Shown: positions 52,801 to 64,000 of the stretch, one piece after another
How the letters are laid out: each line of letters begins with the position of its first letter
How positions within the stretch are numbered: the first letter of the stretch is position 1
NCBI RefSeq assembly: GCF_000150275.1
Contig: NW_002060956.1
Span: forward strand, 1 to 64,000
DNA: 64,000 nt
Source: Trichoplax adhaerens
Lineage: Eukaryota > Animalia > Placozoa
Direction of reading: 5' to 3'
Position numbers and translations under genes: made by a program
The notes under the pieces: model-generated
The model's database searches: none
Told to the model about the DNA's origin: nothing
The model's input: only the letters and a program-made list of their open reading frames with translations

Positions 52801-55800
52801 AATCTCAAGTGAAAGAGGAATAAATGTTAGGTTATCTATTTTAATAAACAGGTAAGTTAGATTGATGTTTGTTACAAAATACACTCAGGTATTATTAACA
52901 TAATATCGAAGTTAGATAGACAAATTATCTTACGTATTCTCCCAATATACACATCGATAGGGTGGATGAGGCTAATAGTAAAACGGTCATTACAGTACTT
53001 AGTTAGATTTAATCAATTTAAAAAATCAACAAATCGGTATGAATCAATTTAACTAACCTTTCGAGATCCTATTTTAAGATAAAAATGAACGGGTAAAGTA
53101 AAGTTTTTGTCTTGGAGTGGATACATTGAGCAAGACAAGATACTAGAAATTATAACGCTGAATGAAACATTTAAAGTATTGCTTAATATGAGACATATTG
53201 AATACTGCTAGCAAAGTTGAAGGAATAAAATTTAAAAGTAGTCACTTTGCATTATGTATGTTACTGACCGTAACATTTGCACAAAATATAATAAATCTAG
53301 AGGTACCTGCTACTATTTTCGTTAGTATTAGTTTTGGTCCAACTTTCTTGGATATTATACGATCGTACTACCACAGTGACAGTATCAGCTAAAAAATATA
53401 ATAAAATTACTAACAAATAACGATATCAAATAATGTAGAGTAATGAAATTGTATAGATATAATTTATTCGCCTATAGATTCACAATGCTTTCGCATCAAT
53501 TAAAATTATGCTTCAAAATTAGCTAGCACATTATCAGAAAAAGGTAATTAACCTATAACATTACTTTTATATCTTATTTAACGAAGCTTTGCGAATATAT
53601 GATTATGAATACATCATATATCACTGAAAATATTCGATACCTTGGCTAGAAAACCGAAATACTGATCTGGGAATTCTCACTTCTGCTACTGGCTCATTGG
53701 ATAGTGACAACGCTAGATTGATGATTGGTGTTTCATCCGATGCGGAGATTTTATAAGCAATTAGTTCTAGCACATAATATGCGATGCAAATAGCATTAGG
53801 ATATATGACAGGATGAAAAGTCAGTAGTGGATGAGTTAATGTAGTTTCTCTTTCCGTAAATTATTATAAAAGTGTAGATTCGAAGTTAAAACTGTGGTAA
53901 AGTTTCGATAAGTAGTGTAGACAAGGACTTAATTATCTGAGTTTGTAATGAATTGATAGAGATATAACTATCTCTAATAGAAATAGAAGTACACATTGCA
54001 TTGCATTGGTGAAATAGTATGTTGTGATAAAACATTATTTCCAAGAGCTCTCTTTCACACTAAATCATACGACTGAAATACTACTGTATGATAAACCTAT
54101 GAATAGTTAAGTAAGATTTTTATTGCCTCAACTGGACTGAGCCAAAGCTATAAAAGCCGCCTATTTGGTGCAATTTTTATTCCCTTATCCTTCATTACCT
54201 GATTGAAGGTTCTGATAAATGTAAAATTATTTACGTAGCTCTTCTATAAGTACGAGTAATCATAACTTTTGTGTAGTATTTAAGTAAATCTGTAGTCTGT
54301 ATTCAGACTGCAGTTTCCTTTCCAATCTGGAGAAAGTTGAGATAAAGTAGTCTTGGTTTAAAGCACAGTTCTACGTGGTAGTGAATGGAGCATATCGTTG
54401 CAATAATCTATCTAAAACTTACGAAAATTAGGCACAATTTCGTACATTTTTAGTAACTTATTATAATCATCAATATCAAGTAAATGATTAAACAATTTCG
54501 ATTTAGTCGAAAATTATAGCGATATGCTAACTCGTCAATGACAAGTGATTATGCAACACTTATTTTAATGAACATAATAATAAAGACTAATTATAAAGAA
54601 AACAAATCACTATTAATAATTTATGGAAATAAAATGGTATAAATTCGAAATCGTAGCATGAATGAAAAGATCAATTTTACGTTATTTACAGTAAATGAAA
54701 TAAACACCTGAATTTGGTGTCAACAAAGTTAGTCGTGTCGTGATGTTGGCTTCATTAATTTGTCTTGCTAAAACCGCATCATTGTGATCGATTTGCTTTA
54801 GAACAGAACCAAGACTCTTTAATAAGACAAAAAATTAATCTCGATCAAGCATTTAATATCTATAATCTTTTACAAAATAGTCAAGACATACAAGATATCA
54901 TTATATTATCTCATTTGTAAGCCAATTAATCTTTTGAGCAATAAATTAGACTGCATCGTTTTAAAGTATGAAATTTTTCTCCCTAAAGTCCTAAACTATA
55001 TCAAGACTTGACTAACCTTATTGACGCCATTAGCGATATTTGCAATAAACTGGTCGTTGGCCAGTTGTATCTCCTTTACCTATAAGATAAAGATAAAGAT
55101 TTAACATCTCAATTTATATTGTAAGATCGAGAAACCTTTATTAGCTTATACTAACGAATTCGTCATTATGGATACAATTGTTACATCCTTACAAGAGGAT
55201 TTACACCTTAAGCCCATAATAGTACAGTACTAATCAATAGCATGTCTGAATTTAATCACAAATGCCTTATTAATAAATTTAAATAGCTATGAGTTATTAA
55301 CCTAGCACAAGAGTTAATTATTAGCTTTAAAAACAATAAGCTGAGCGTCCTATCTAAGAAAGTAACATTCAAAAACCATAGAGATACCATTTCTTGCAGA
55401 TAGCATACCATATTACTTTTAAAATTAAAAGCAGAATATTTAATATGCTATCCCTGCTATTAACCTTATCATTTGTCATGAAATCAGACGCAATAGAGTT
55501 TCCATTATTCAATGAAGGAGACGGATTGAGTGTAGGGCTTGCGGTAACTGACGTAAAAGACAATATTTATAATATAAATAAGAATCGTAAAGTGACAGGG
55601 TCTTTATAAAATTTATAGTTATGCTTTCGATCAGCGTAATATATAACTCGTACGATATTTCGTTGGAACAATACATTCTGTAAATATGAACTTATTAGTT
55701 TATATTTCATTAGAAAAATTAATAAATCCATTAAATTAGTTCTGCAAGATTACTAGTTATTTTACGGTACGATAGATCTTTCTGTCATATTATACTTGTA

Positions 55801-58800
55801 ATGAAGCGTCTTCTCAATAAATTTAACAAGAACCACAGTTTCTAATAAACTTCTTCTTATTATATAAGATTAGGTTCGTCCTACAACTACCGAGGACTAT
55901 CTCACTGCAATCAGAATATCTCTGGACTATCTGAATTATTGCAGCAATATTCACGATTTATATACAATTAGTTACACCGTGATTTTTCTTCATATACAAT
56001 CATGTCATACCAATTTAATTACAAGATCATATCTAAGTTTACTATCGCGCTATCAATTCATCATTCGCGATTATAATTAAAGCGTCTCAATACAAATCTC
56101 ACAGTACTAACAAAATAAGTGCAATCTACTATATTATTATTTCAGAATCTTAATATAAGCATCCCAAAACAATTATTACAGTTCGTACTGCAAATATTAT
56201 CCACAATTAGACACTTATGTAATCTTGTAATCTAGCGTATTTATCTATTTTCTTGTTATCCTATAATCTTAATCTTGAACTTATTTAAGGCTGCACTGCA
56301 ATACTATATAATTACAAAAGAGTCACTAGAATATTCTAATTACTGTATTACTGTTATTGGAAAGGCGTCCAATAATAGAATGAGTACATAGGTATATCGC
56401 TAGAGGACAGCAGACTTTATATTACGTCTAATGATACCTGAAGAAAACCTGCTAGAATATACTGACGGCTGCATCGCTGGTGATAAAAGAGTATCTGAAT
56501 AATAAAGCAAGTCTACAGATGTACGGCTGGGAAAATATCCGTAAACATCACTGGTTTTCCTGTACTCTACGTGAATGAAGAAGTATGCATTAGCCACTAT
56601 TGCAAAATAAAATAATATCAAAGTTTTACTCGAGTTGTCAAATTTACAGCAACAAGTTATCTTCTATATTAGCTACATATAACGTCGTAAAATTAGTTCA
56701 TGATGATCATACTTCATTAAAAGTGCATTCTTATTAAATATGATACAAAATTTAAATACTGAATCACACATACCGCTTACTGGCAATATAGATGGATTTT
56801 CTTGCTTAATTAAAGTAAGATTATGACTGGAACTAGTGGACCGAAGTGACTGTTCATCATTGAAGTTATAAAAGTGGATGCCTCAATATAAGTTGTATTA
56901 GTTGCGGAAATAAAACTTGGGATGGCATATACTATTAAATTGGATGATGACCGCTGATGATGGTTTGTAACTTTTTCTACATCCGATATACTTGTACTAG
57001 CAATGGAGATAGGACCTAGTTACAAGGAATTTGATCATAAATCATGAACAAAACTTGAAACAACGCCTAGAATAAATGAGTATACGGCTAATTCTACCAA
57101 CAACTATTGCAGCTAATAGATTTTAGTGATACCTGAGTAAATGTGTGATTCGTTAGGAGTCGACGCCGTTAATTCCGCCTGGTTTGTCATATTTAGTGTT
57201 AAAATATCAGAATTATCATTATTTGTAATAGTGCAAGATGATTCTAAAATACCCTCAGACTGCGTCGAACTAAATATAAAATCCAAACTACTACCAGATG
57301 TTAACAACTGTGATTTACTCATCGGTATGGCTATAATATTATTGACAAAACTAGCTGATGAAGAGGATGATATAAATGAATTCTCATATGTATTTGAATT
57401 GATGCTTGCGTTTGAAACACCCATCTCATTGATCGCAGTGGTTGTTGCCGTCGAAATGGTAGCGTCATAAGATAAAGTTGATATCGCTACTGAAGGATGT
57501 AACTCGCTTGAGGAATCATCGGAGCTTACTGAATAAGAAGACACTACGCCAATCGGCCTTTGACAAATGTATCTACAAGCATCGCTGCAGTTATTATTAA
57601 TCCAGTCAAACTTATTTGATGGCAAACTTCTAGCAGAAACGCATCTATCACTCGTCCGCTTTGGATAACCCTTCAACCAAAACTGTTCACCATTGATTAC
57701 ACTTTCATTGGTTGCCAACCAATGATAATCCTCGATCTGGTTGTTTCCTGCTATGTCACTTAGTCCAATCCAGTAACGTCCTGTAAATTGTAGTATTCCC
57801 TTTAGGTTATCATGAATTGCAGTGGTATCGTCGACTGCTAAATCGCCGCTAGGAAATTGCTGACAAGCGATTCGAGCATCTTCGAACGATTCAACGTCCG
57901 AGAAAGATTTAAAGCATCGATTACTTATTTCCGTCCATCCATCAGCACATTCCTCTGTTTAATCAAGAATTAACTCTTTAGCTAAAATTTTCTCATATAC
58001 TGTAGTCCTGCATTAAAATAAGTGATATATTAAAGATCCGGACAAAGTAGTTGGAAAGTATAAGCTTGTAGTACTAATAAATTGCTTTTTCAACGTTGAA
58101 CTTCTTAATATCCAATTAAATTTTACAGCAGCAAATATGGGTATAGCTAGAGCATTATACATTTCTTTCGAAATTATCAACTTCCTTCTGTAGATATGCG
58201 AAATAATTACAGTTCAGTCTTGCAGGTAAAACTGAGGTAGACGCAAATGCATTAATATCCTACACAATTAGATATTTAACTGAAACAGCCGTACTGGAAT
58301 TGTTTGATACCCTTCCTACTATATTTTTTTTTTTAAGTTTTAAAACTGCGATAATAACAAAAAGGTCATAAATATGATCTTGGATTTTATCATCATTACT
58401 TCAAACTTGCTTTTGAATATCATCTATATTGCAGAAATATTTTAGGCGTAACGACATACGGCCATAAACACCTGAAGATGTTTAAGTAAATTCCTCTTTT
58501 TAATCTAATTCGATGCTAAAGCGTTGCTTGCTACCAACATTAGTATCGTCACAGTTAAAATTATGACAAAATGTAAAATTTTCAAATATCTTTTCCAATT
58601 AATAAGCATTTTCTGAGAAAATTTTTCCTTTCATTCAATATTTAAATTCCATAATATAATGGTTTTTGTTAAAATCATTGTTATCGTTGATTAAATTCAT
58701 TAATTTACTACCGATTAGTCACGAACTCGTTACTTCCAGCAAATAGACAAATTATTTTACGATTAAACTAATCACGTTCTTAGGCAGCAAATCTATCAGT

Positions 58801-59902
58801 TATTTCTATATTCAATCCAAGGCATAAATTATTTATATTATTTATCGTTCAATATTTTAACAAACCTTGAGCAATGACGACGCGTAATGCTATACAAAGG
58901 ATCTAAAAATAGATTAAATAAAGATTTTAATTCCTATAATAAAAGAGAAACTACTATCAATCATTACTAATTTCATCTTATAATTTCAGGTCATTGTTGT
59001 ATCCGTTATAATTATTTCTTTGTGCATTCATGGAATAACAGAGATGAATACTGTAAAAATGATATTATGCTACTGCCATTACAGTTTTAGTTAAGATAAA
59101 TTAGCTTACTTAAAGAACTTGGCAAAAATTAAAATTTTACTAAAAATTTACTTGAAAGTCTACACGAAAATTGTATATTACTATGATTAGTATTATCAGA
59201 TTTAAATCAAAACTACCTAATCGATTAGAAAAAAGCATAGGTTTATACAGAATGTAATATATTTAAGACTACATAAAATTGAGATAATAGTATAGAAGGT
59301 TGCTAGCTGTCATTTATGACATTTTCACTCCTTTGTATATGATCTCATGAACGTTCTTGTCAGATAAAAATTATGAGTAATTTGTAGTCTAATATTTCTT
59401 CTTTGGTATACTGTAAGGTAGTACACGATAACAATTGACAGTAAATACAAAGACAGAAATACAAACTATGAGAAACAAAAATCCAAGGCAGAAAACTGAA
59501 TCAAAGTCGTATCAGTCTCGAAGTTAAATTGCATTTAATTGGATATAATGGAAACCTGCTAGCGAAAAATAATGTTTCCCTTGAACGTTGAACTAAAGCC
59601 CCTGAACTACAAAATCGCTCTTAGGGATGACCATAACATAGAGACTAGGCAGAAGCATTAAAGTTCACAAGCTACAATTATGCGCGTTATAAATGCATAT
59701 AATTGAAGAGCAGGGACAGGTGTACCCATTGGGTAAAAAATTATATCAAAATAGAATTGAGAAGTACAGTAAGCAGACATGAATACAGTTATATTCTAAC
59801 CATATACCGGTATGCAGTAGCAGGCATTCTTGTTGTAAAATTTAAATGAAATACAGACATTAATATAGTATTCTACCATATGCTTACCAAAATGATATCC
59901 AT
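46847..59902 (-). CDS. Adhesion GPCR 'gene C', same architecture, shorter stalk (~935 aa if the 57015-56774 segment is skipped)
   Basis: Exons: 59902-59888 (MDIIL), 58902-58866, 57954-57133, [57015-56774 frame-disrupted], 56596-56438, 55547-55465, 55079-55017, 54816-54708, 53766-53641, 53388-53307, 53157-53058, 52971-52934, 52713-52608, 52228-52122, 50376-50274, 49911-49755, 49526-49460, 49377-49311, 49075-48990, 48300-48174, 48041-48000, 47764-47678, 47467-47347, 47134-47107, 46925-46847. GPS CVYW..WSQYG..HCITNHF|TSFAVLM; ends DAVSHL*. Confidence 0.88.
48450..48947 (+). mobile_element. Solo-LTR-like insertion in a gene C intron
   Basis: TGTTAA...TTAACA termini, TATAAAT ~48696, AATAAA ~48851. 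The intron is ~0.5 kb longer than in A and B. TSD weak. Confidence 0.55.
50587..50689. other. Assembly gap (N run) in a gene C intron
   Basis: 103 Ns. Confidence 1.
50690..51333 (+). mobile_element. LTR, family R5, abutting the gap
   Basis: gggtatataaacc TATA, AATAAA ~51099, GCGACA end. Related inverted sequence at 23539 and ~55950-56300. Confidence 0.65.
55950..56303 (-). mobile_element. Diverged R5 LTR copy
   Basis: Patchy colinear similarity to the reverse complement of ~50690-51010 (atcgcgc, taattaaagc, tctcac.gta.ta, aatcttaatat). Confidence 0.5.
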
Positions 59903-62900
59903 CTGGTCTTTCTACCAAGATAGAAAAAAAGTTGCAATACTAACTAACTATGCAGAATAATTGACGATTTACTTGTATTAGAGTAATACTATTTGTCAAC
60001 ATCCATATGAAATTGGAAATGAATCAGATACCTAAATGTCACTATTTTTATTTCAGAAGGAGTACACCCTCTAATACACTGTCGTCTGATCTAATTATTT
60101 TAATTTGTAAATATTTATTTTAAAGTACAAGAATTAAGCAAGCCTATACATCAATCAATTACAAATATTAAGAGCGCACAATAATGACCAAATGGAAAAA
60201 ATTTATTGTGCAATGTGTTCTTTTATGCCTATTTAGCAGCTAAGAACATCACATACAGTTGAATATACTGTACGCCTAGTCCCTAATCTGAAAATATCTT
60301 AATTATCAACTCAATCAAAACAATAAGATTGCTTCTTTTCAATTTTCAATACATTTCATATAATGGCAGTAACGTAGTTCAAGCTCTGGTAAGGCCAATT
60401 TTCACATAATACCCTGTTATATGTAGATGTAGTACAGTATTTGCTTATTAGGATTTACGGTATAGAATACTTAGATTGTGAAGTTACTTCCATTAATAGG
60501 TTTGCTATAATTTTAGTGCATTTTGTATTAAATATAGATATTGCTACTTAAACGTGTTAAAACACACATTAATTGTACCACATGTAAAGTAATTCGGAAA
60601 TATATAAATACACGATTCTGATTGATCAATAAACGATTTTCAACTAAACCTACTACCGATTATCACGAACATAACGTACCGTATCCGTAGTAATTATTTT
60701 CTGTGCGCAATACGATATTAGCGTACTGTAATTCGATGCTACCCCTTCATTCCTGTTCACTGACATGTCTTTATTAGGATCTGCGTGCAGGTAGTAGGAC
60801 ATCTTCTGTACTATGCTAATAAAAAATTAAGATTTTCTTAATGCAAATCGATCTCGAATACCTCATTGGATGTCGCTAAGAGTAAATAAATTATAATCGC
60901 GTAATTCTTCTTTATATCAAAATTAAATCAAGTTTAATACATACTATCAATGCACCGTCCACCGTGGTATGACAATTACAAGAATAATGAAATTTTGTTG
61001 GCTTGAATTCATCCATTTAGCTTCTAGATTCTCTAATAGTTTATGTAGTTACTGATTGTTCTTGATGAGAATGGCTTTTCTAACACTTAGTTTTAAAAGG
61101 TACAGTAAGACATATACTAAATTGCAAACTTATTATGCTATAACAAGTCATAAAATGGAAAATATGTGTATAACAGTAGGATAAAGTTATGTCGAAACGA
61201 TCACATTCGTAAACTCAAGAATAAAAAATCAAAAGTGTAAATTTTAGAAAATTCATGATTGATTGTTATGTACGACACAAATGATATATCAATCTTGACG
61301 CACAGGAAATAATTAACAGTAGTCAAAGAAAATAAAAGCTGATGAATAAAATCGTAACAATATTATTCCATTAGACGGGATTGGATAAAAATGGTAATAG
61401 ATAACAGACGATATAGTTCAACTGATGTATTGATGAAAATGGTCATAATTATTTATTCATAATTACTCTTTCTCTTAGACACTGTATCCATTAAAGATTT
61501 TTCTCATTTAATATCGACCGCTTACGCTCGTAAATATTCAAATTAATTCAAATTTGTACTCTTTCAATTATTATTTTAGTTTTAGCCCTTAAAGGTATTT
61601 CGATTAGTATAACACAGGCGCGCACGTAACTTGAGGAGCGATACAGATTTGTTTATATATTCAGGCGATTAAAAAAAATAACATCAATGAAATTGATAAA
61701 TTATGAAGAGCTTGTTAATAATTCTGTAACAATAGCAATTATTTATAACCTCTTTCTATGATACATTTCTAATATCCGATCAGCTCTTATGCCTGTCCAA
61801 TGTTAGTCTGTACCGTTTATTAATTGCAATAGCTCCTATTTGCGATTGAATTTCATAAACTTTCAATAATATATTTAAATAAATTATTGAAAAAAAACTA
61901 TTAATCCCAAGTAATAAATTGGTTGAAGAATTGAAATTCGATAGAAAAAATAGCATAATATGGGCCTGTAAGGGAATTATAGTACTCATTTTCTTTATAA
62001 TTTTTCATGATTTCCATAATACTTTTATGAATGACAACGCTATAGAGGTTATTTAGTACCTATATTTTGTAACCGTTTACTTAACAAAATAATATAAATA
62101 TAGAGATTCCTACACCTTTTTTATCTATAGATCTGTTTCCTTTAGTTTGTTGCATATATAACCCTCTTTCTAACTATTATCTCCGAACTAATCAGTAAAT
62201 ATCAAGCAACATACAATCTTGCTGTATGTGTACTAATAAAAATAAAGTGAGACAGCATGAATCACTTCAATTACAACTGTATAAAAAATTACAATTTAAA
62301 TTGAAGACCATAGGGTGTTTTACTGATCGAATAAATCATGTAACTGATGACTATCAATTAGACAGATGTACCATACTCATCTGCATCATAACCAATCAAA
62401 GATGTCTATTCATCTCTCAAAAACATATTTAAAATGTACATACAATAATTAATTGCTAAATTATAATACAAGCAAATTCTAAAAAACGGTTATTCAATTC
62501 CTTTTACATTAAGAAAGTTTGAAATGAATCAATAAAGCAAAAATTAACAATATCGGCATGTATACGTCATATCGTCTCCCGGAACGTAGATACGGTTTAA
62601 AGCAGATTTCGGTATTGTTTATCATAACCTATACAAATAAATTAGACGGATAACATGCATCGTTTCATACAGTATTTTTCTAAACAAAAGATTATTATAT
62701 CTAAAATTCCTAAAATCACAGCAAAGTTGTATAATAAAATACTGTTCAGTAGATACTAGGTCAGTAAATACAATTTTAATTATAGCTGATAGATGAATCA
62801 GATTTACTCAACATTTAATTATTCTATTAGCTTATACAATAATGATGATAATAGCTGATATTAACGTCAGCGGAGCCATAACTAATATTTACGGTATTTA

Positions 62901-63302
62901 GAAAGCTCATTAGCCGTACCTTGACAATGTTTACATACTAATAAATTATTTGCCATCAACAAAATCCCTAATAGCTAATACTATACATCGCTATTTTACA
63001 GGGCTGAAAAAAATTGCATAAATGAATTTACTTTGGAAAACATCCATCTTATAACCACAATAAGTATTATGAAACTGAAGTAATTACAACTTAACAATAA
63101 TTTTTATAGTTGAAGTTTGCATGTAAAATTTCGAATGAAAACAGACTACATTATTCTCCATTGTAATCCTGACAAGTTACAAGAATCTTATCTATTTAAT
63201 AAGATATTGATAGTGAAATTAGAAAGTCTTTCGTGAATTTTTAGTTCAGTTTACATCAATTATACACTATGGCACAAAATTCGGCTGCATGGAGTATAAC
63301 AT

Positions 63303-63738
63303 TGTCACAAACCAGCTTCGTGACAAGGATAACGTAAAACAAATCTCTAAATTACTATAGTCTCCGGGATTCAGTATCCCTACTCACAAGAATTTAGACG
63401 CCTTTGATTCTACGTTAAACTCAACTAGACAATTGAGAACTGTTTTATTCAACTATCTAACGGGCTTATATACCCTTCTACAGCAGCTAACATTCACAAG
63501 TCATCTTATAAAAATACTTAGGTGAGAACATCTACTAACTAATTTTTCACAGTCGGACTACAATATGTCCATTCACAGAATCATTTCAGTACACATTACA
63601 GCGCAGCATTAAATTTACTGTAATACATTTACAATTAGAGTAATCCCTATTGTAAGTAACTAGTTGTAATATAATATCACTATATTATATTAACCAAATT
63701 TAGATATCTATTTCTTCACGGTAGTTCGTACCGTGACA
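63303..63738 (-). mobile_element. Solo LTR, family R1
   Basis: TGTCAC...GTGACA termini, AACAT/AATAT flanks. Very similar to the other two R1 copies. Confidence 0.9.
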
Positions 63739-64000
63739 AATATATTGCTATATTTTGTACCATAATGTTGTTAATATTTCTTTTTAATAATTCAGTGAAT
63801 TTGATATTTAAACCTGTAACGATTATATTATAAGTTTAAATGTACTGCATTATATACTAGTATTTAAGAAATGTTTGACGAGTAAAATTTAACGAATGTG
63901 TGAAGTAAAACCTTACAATAAATTTGCCTACTCTATAAGTAACTATGGTGACCAGAAATTAATCTCTTAGACTAATTCTAAGCATATTGATAGATTATTC

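Overview
AT-rich, intron-dense eukaryotic DNA, probably from a compact animal genome. A placozoan-like source is my impression only and is not verified. The window holds a head-to-tail minus-strand tandem array of adhesion GPCR genes with the architecture signal peptide, C-type lectin-like domain, Ser/Thr-rich mucin stalk, GAIN/GPS, class-B-like 7TM and a multi-exon C-tail. I reconstructed by hand three apparently full-length paralogs (C 59902-46847, B 38579-25925, A 22011-9893; about 24-25 exons each, with matching exon sizes and phases), a 5'-truncated multi-lesion pseudogene (7645-5930) and the first two exons of a fifth copy leaving the left edge (2191-859). Notable points: variable lectin loops lacking EPN/QPD, loss of one GPS cysteine pair in all three genes, duplicated in-frame terminal exons in A and B behind 19-nt microexons, and stalk exons whose read-through ends in hydrophobic tails. 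Introns and spacers contain several solo-LTR families (TG..CA, many with 5-bp TSDs), a decayed Ty3/gypsy RNase H fragment, a hAT-like MITE and one assembly gap.
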